The notes beneath the pieces are model-generated. The model saw nothing but the letters and a program-made list of their open reading frames with translations. It searched no databases and had not been told where the DNA came from. 32,000 nt of DNA from Candidatus Atelocyanobacterium thalassa isolate ALOHA (GTDB taxonomy: Bacteria; Cyanobacteriota; Cyanobacteriia; Cyanobacteriales; Microcystaceae). The translations under genes were made by a program, and so were the position numbers. Below, piece after piece: positions 28,771 through 32,000 of the stretch. The stretch spans positions 360,001-392,000 of the forward strand of contig NC_013771.1 in the NCBI RefSeq assembly GCF_000025125.1, written 5' to 3'. How positions within the stretch are numbered: position 1 is the stretch's first letter; each line of letters begins with the position of its first letter.

Positions 28771-29868
28771 ATGTTAAATAAAATTATATTTTTTTGTATA
28801 GTTTCTTTATTTTTTAATTTTTCTGAGACTATTGCTCTTGGTCTATCAACTCCAGATTTCGTTATATCTCGATATTCTTCTGAAAAAAAACTTGACAATT
28901 TATTACGTCAAGGACGAAAGTACGCCGAAAATAAAGATTATCAGAGAGCAATTGATATTTATAAAGAAGCATCAACTTTAGACAAAAATAATGCAAGAAT
29001 ATATTCTGGAATTGCTTATCTATATACACAACAGAATAATTTTCAAGCTGCTGCTCAATACTATAGAAAAGCTCTTTCTATTGATTTAAGTAATGTAGAT
29101 TTTTATTATGCTTTAGGTCATAGTTTAGCTAATATTGGAGATAACGATAATGCAGCTACAGCATACTACTATGCTGTACAGCTTAATCCTAAGTCTGTTA
29201 AGAGTTATATCGGATTAGGCGTTGTACTTCTACGAAAAGAAGATTATGATGGAGCTGCTGAAGCGTATAGAAGGGTTATGACTTTAGAACCAAATAATCC
29301 TAATATATTTTCTATTATGGGAGCCTCGTTATTACAGCAAAAAGAATTTAAACAAGCCATTAAATATTTGAAAAGTGCAGTTAAGCAATTTCCACGTGAT
29401 ACTGAATTAAGGATGTTATTAGCTACTGCTCTATTGCAACAAGGTCAAATTTTTTCTGGGAAAGAAGAGCTTAGAATAGCAGAAAAAATTGATCCTAAAA
29501 ATTTAAAAATTCAGTTAAAAATTGCCGGTATATTAGAAATCCAAAATAATTTAGAAGAAGCTTTAAAAATTTATAAACGAATTTCTTATTTTAACAAACA
29601 ATCTTCAGAAGCTCATATGGGAATTGGACGTATTCAAATGGCACAAAAAGATTTTTTAAGAGCAACTATTACTTATACAGATCTGATTAGTATTATTCCA
29701 CAGAGTCCTCTTCCTTATTATTATCTAGGTATTACTTTTAAAGAAAGAAAAAAAATTAAAGAAGCAGAAAAAGCTTTGAAACAAGCTCTTCATCTGTATC
29801 AAAAGTATGACAATACAAATGGTATACAAAAAACTAACGAACTATTGAAAAAACTTAGTAACCTTTAA
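28771..29868 (+). CDS. Secreted/periplasmic tetratricopeptide-repeat (TPR) protein
   Basis: 365 aa. Hydrophobic N-terminal signal-like segment IIFFCIVSLFFNF, then about 8 tandem 34-residue TPR units (e.g. YQRAIDIYKEASTLDKNNARIYSGIAYLY, AAQYYRKALSIDLSNVDFYYALG, AATAYYYAVQLNPKSVKSYIGLG). Confidence 0.85.
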   Translation: MLNKIIFFCIVSLFFNFSETIALGLSTPDFVISRYSSEKKLDNLLRQGRKYAENKDYQRAIDIYKEASTLDKNNARIYSGIAYLYTQQNNFQAAAQYYRKALSIDLSNVDFYYALGHSLANIGDNDNAATAYYYAVQLNPKSVKSYIGLGVVLLRKEDYDGAAEAYRRVMTLEPNNPNIFSIMGASLLQQKEFKQAIKYLKSAVKQFPRDTELRMLLATALLQQGQIFSGKEELRIAEKIDPKNLKIQLKIAGILEIQNNLEEALKIYKRISYFNKQSSEAHMGIGRIQMAQKDFLRATITYTDLISIIPQSPLPYYYLGITFKERKKIKEAEKALKQALHLYQKYDNTNGIQKTNELLKKLSNL

Positions 29869-29991
29869 TATTAGAGTTATTAATATGCATCATTTGTCAA
29901 AATAATATTAAACAAAGACAAGAATCAAATATTTTTTGTAACATAAAATGGTATCGAAAGAATTAATATTATTTTTCTGCTGTACGAATTC

Positions 29992-30777
29992 ATGTATGAA
30001 ACAAGTGACGCGATAGAATTAAACTTTGTTGATTTAGGCTGGTCTTTCGGTATAATGGCTGTTGCTATAGCTTTATCAAATTGGCAAAAATTAGGATTGG
30101 AAAAACAATTACTGCTTGCTACAGGAAGATCTTTTCTTCAGTTACTAGCTTTAGGATATTTAGTTTCTACTATTTTTGATTTAAATCATCCTATACCTAT
30201 AGTAATTATTCTTGGAGTAATGCTGTTAATTGCTACAAAAGCTACTCAAGAACGTATTGATCATAATGGAAAAAGCTTTTTTTTTATGATTTTAGGTTCT
30301 TTGCTGGTCAGTAGCTTGTTTACTCTAAGTTATGTTTTTTCTTTAATTGTTCATCTTAAAGTCTGGTATTCTCCTCGATATCTTATTCCTTTTACTGGAA
30401 TGATCCTTGGAAATGCTATGAATAGTGCAGCTTTATCTGGTCAACATCTTATTAGGAGTATTAGACAAAATCATCGTGAAATAGAAACATATTTATGTCT
30501 CGGAGCCAGTCCTAGACAAGCAATCATCAATTATAAATATGAATCCATACGTATCAGTTTGATTCCTATTTTAAACCAGATGATGGTAGTAGGGGTTGTA
30601 AGCTTACCTGGGATGTTTACTGGACAAATCTTAGGAGGTTCTGATCCTTTTAATGCCTCTTCTTATCAGATCTTAATTCTTTTTATGATTGTTTTAACGA
30701 ATATATTAACTTCTATCTTAGTGACAGAAGGAATCTACAGGAAGTGTTTTAATAAAAACGCACAACTGATAGTTTAA
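29992..30777 (+). CDS. UPF0014 (YbbM/FetB-type) ABC transporter permease
   Basis: 261-aa polytopic membrane protein. LGLEKQLLLATGRSFLQLLALGYL, IPFTGMILGNAMNSAAL, LGASPRQA and VGVVSLPGMFTGQILGGSDP parallel the blocks I recall from E. coli FetB (LALEKDIL..GRAIIQLIIVGYVL, IPIAGMIAGNAM, LGATPKQA, VGLVSLPGMMSG). Confidence 0.8.
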   Translation: MYETSDAIELNFVDLGWSFGIMAVAIALSNWQKLGLEKQLLLATGRSFLQLLALGYLVSTIFDLNHPIPIVIILGVMLLIATKATQERIDHNGKSFFFMILGSLLVSSLFTLSYVFSLIVHLKVWYSPRYLIPFTGMILGNAMNSAALSGQHLIRSIRQNHREIETYLCLGASPRQAIINYKYESIRISLIPILNQMMVVGVVSLPGMFTGQILGGSDPFNASSYQILILFMIVLTNILTSILVTEGIYRKCFNKNAQLIV

Positions 30778-30810
30778 ATTTTTATATAAAAATTCTTAAA
30801 GAACTTAATT

Positions 30811-31998
30811 ATGCACAATATTATTATTTTAATTGTTTGTCTTTCTATAATTGCATGGATATATTTATTATTATTTAGAGGCAAATTTTGGCTAAATAAT
30901 GAAAAAATTTCTCGAAGTTTCGATTGTCTTGATGACTATCCTTCTGTTTGTGCCATAGTACCTGCTCGAAATGAGGCTGCAGTTATTGCTACTAGCTTAA
31001 AGTCTCTTTTGAAACAAAATTATCCGGGGAATTTTTCTATTATTTTAGTTGATGATCAAAGTACTGATAACACAAAGGATATCGCTAAACAAAGTATAGA
31101 AAGTTATGATAATTCTCATGATTTGGAGATTATTTCTGGAATACCTCTTGCAAATAAATGGTCAGGAAAATTATGGGCAATGAAACAAGGAATTGATAAA
31201 GCTAACCACCTAAAAAACAAACCAGATTATTTTCTTTTTACTGATGCAGATATTAAACATCACACAAATAATTTAAAAGAACTTGTTACTAAAGCAAAAA
31301 AAGAGAATTTAGCTTTAGTTTCTTTAATGGTGAAGCTAGAATGTAAGAGTCTATGGGAAAAACTATTAATTCCTGCATTTATATTTTTCTTCAAAAAACT
31401 TTATCCCTTTTCTTGGGTTAATAACTATTATAAAAAAACCGCAGCAGCAGCTGGAGGCTGTATACTAATTAGTCGTTTTATTTTAGAAGAAATTGGTGGT
31501 CTTGAAGTGCTCAAAGAAACTTTAATTGATGATTGTTCTTTAGCGACTTTTGTTAAGAAAAAATTGAAAGATAATAAACAATATGCCGATCAAGGAATTT
31601 GGTTAGGACTAAGCGAGAAAACGGTTAGTCTACGTTCGTATGATAGGTTAGAACCTATATGGAACATGGTGGCAAGAACTGCTTATACTCAATTAAAGCA
31701 TTCTCCGCTTATGTTAATAGGAACTTTAATAGGTCTGGTTTTCATATATTTAATAGGACCCATTAGTTTTATATACGGAACAGTAGTTTATGACAAAACA
31801 CTAATAGCTCTTGGAGCAATTAACTGGTTTTTAATGACTCTTGCTTATTTTCCAACTGTTCTATTATATAAATGCTCACCTTTATGGGCTTTGAGCTTAC
31901 CATTTACGACTTCTTTATATGCCGCAATGACTTTTGATTCGGCTCTAAAGTATTGGAAAGGAAAAGGTGGAAAATGGAAGGGTAGAACTTATAGCTAA
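30811..31998 (+). CDS. Glycosyltransferase family 2, HpnB-like (hopanoid-associated type)
   Basis: 395 aa. N-terminal TM helix, GT-A motifs VCAIVPARNEAAVIATSLKSLLKQNYPGNFSIILVDDQSTDNT and TDADIKH, WSGKLWAMKQGI, and C-terminal TM helices. This layout matches what I recall for HpnB-type GT2 enzymes; no search was run. Confidence 0.7.
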   Translation: MHNIIILIVCLSIIAWIYLLLFRGKFWLNNEKISRSFDCLDDYPSVCAIVPARNEAAVIATSLKSLLKQNYPGNFSIILVDDQSTDNTKDIAKQSIESYDNSHDLEIISGIPLANKWSGKLWAMKQGIDKANHLKNKPDYFLFTDADIKHHTNNLKELVTKAKKENLALVSLMVKLECKSLWEKLLIPAFIFFFKKLYPFSWVNNYYKKTAAAAGGCILISRFILEEIGGLEVLKETLIDDCSLATFVKKKLKDNKQYADQGIWLGLSEKTVSLRSYDRLEPIWNMVARTAYTQLKHSPLMLIGTLIGLVFIYLIGPISFIYGTVVYDKTLIALGAINWFLMTLAYFPTVLLYKCSPLWALSLPFTTSLYAAMTFDSALKYWKGKGGKWKGRTYS

Positions 31999-32000
31999 AA

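Noticed and set aside
1-32000. Search for CRISPR repeats, IS/transposase or integrase genes, prophage genes, toxin-antitoxin pairs, restriction-modification or other defence genes, and secondary-metabolite clusters
   Set aside because: None were found. All long ORFs are accounted for by housekeeping families or single conserved hypotheticals. No spaced direct-repeat arrays are visible, and the only tRNA has no adjacent integrase or direct repeat.

Overview
Strongly AT-rich cyanobacterial chromosome segment (by eye about 30% G+C, not computed). It is roughly five-sixths coding and consists almost entirely of conserved housekeeping genes. In order these are: ftsH (partial), a Ycf55/DUF3685-like receiver protein, an SDR epimerase-family protein, hemE, a rhomboid protease, folB, a small conserved hypothetical, a PLP Orn/Lys/Arg-type decarboxylase, ndhN, recR, a 250-aa unknown, a YqeG-type HAD phosphatase and a fused double-NBD ABC ATPase. 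These are followed by tRNA-Thr(CGU), the minC-minD-minE operon, glutathione reductase, ycf4, a cyclophilin lipoprotein, ppk1, plsY, a coiled-coil unknown, a GT4 glycosyltransferase, a second double-NBD ABC ATPase, a TPR protein, a FetB/YbbM-type permease and an HpnB-like GT2. The gene set (ndhN, ycf4, ycf55-like, minCDE) identifies a cyanobacterium. The extreme AT bias, two ~640-bp AT-only spacers, a near absence of HIP1 and no mobile DNA suggest a reduced-genome lineage such as UCYN-A or another Crocosphaera-clade endosymbiont; this is inference only. I found no CRISPR array, transposon, prophage, toxin-antitoxin pair, defence island or biosynthetic cluster, so I do not see a multi-gene novel system in this window. 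The observations worth a second look are small-scale. (1) Two orphan, convergently oriented terminator hairpins sit in the decarboxylase/ndhN divergent spacer. (2) A strong terminator built from three copies of one 8-mer lies 14 nt upstream of the minC start. (3) The conserved recR N-terminus is only reachable from a non-canonical ATT/CTT start placed behind a perfect AGGAG. (4) The Ycf55-like protein has Glu at the phospho-acceptor position of its receiver domain. (5) Two uncharacterised conserved proteins and unpartnered ABC components are present. Eight ORFs in the supplied track are shadow ORFs inside real genes and are rejected.
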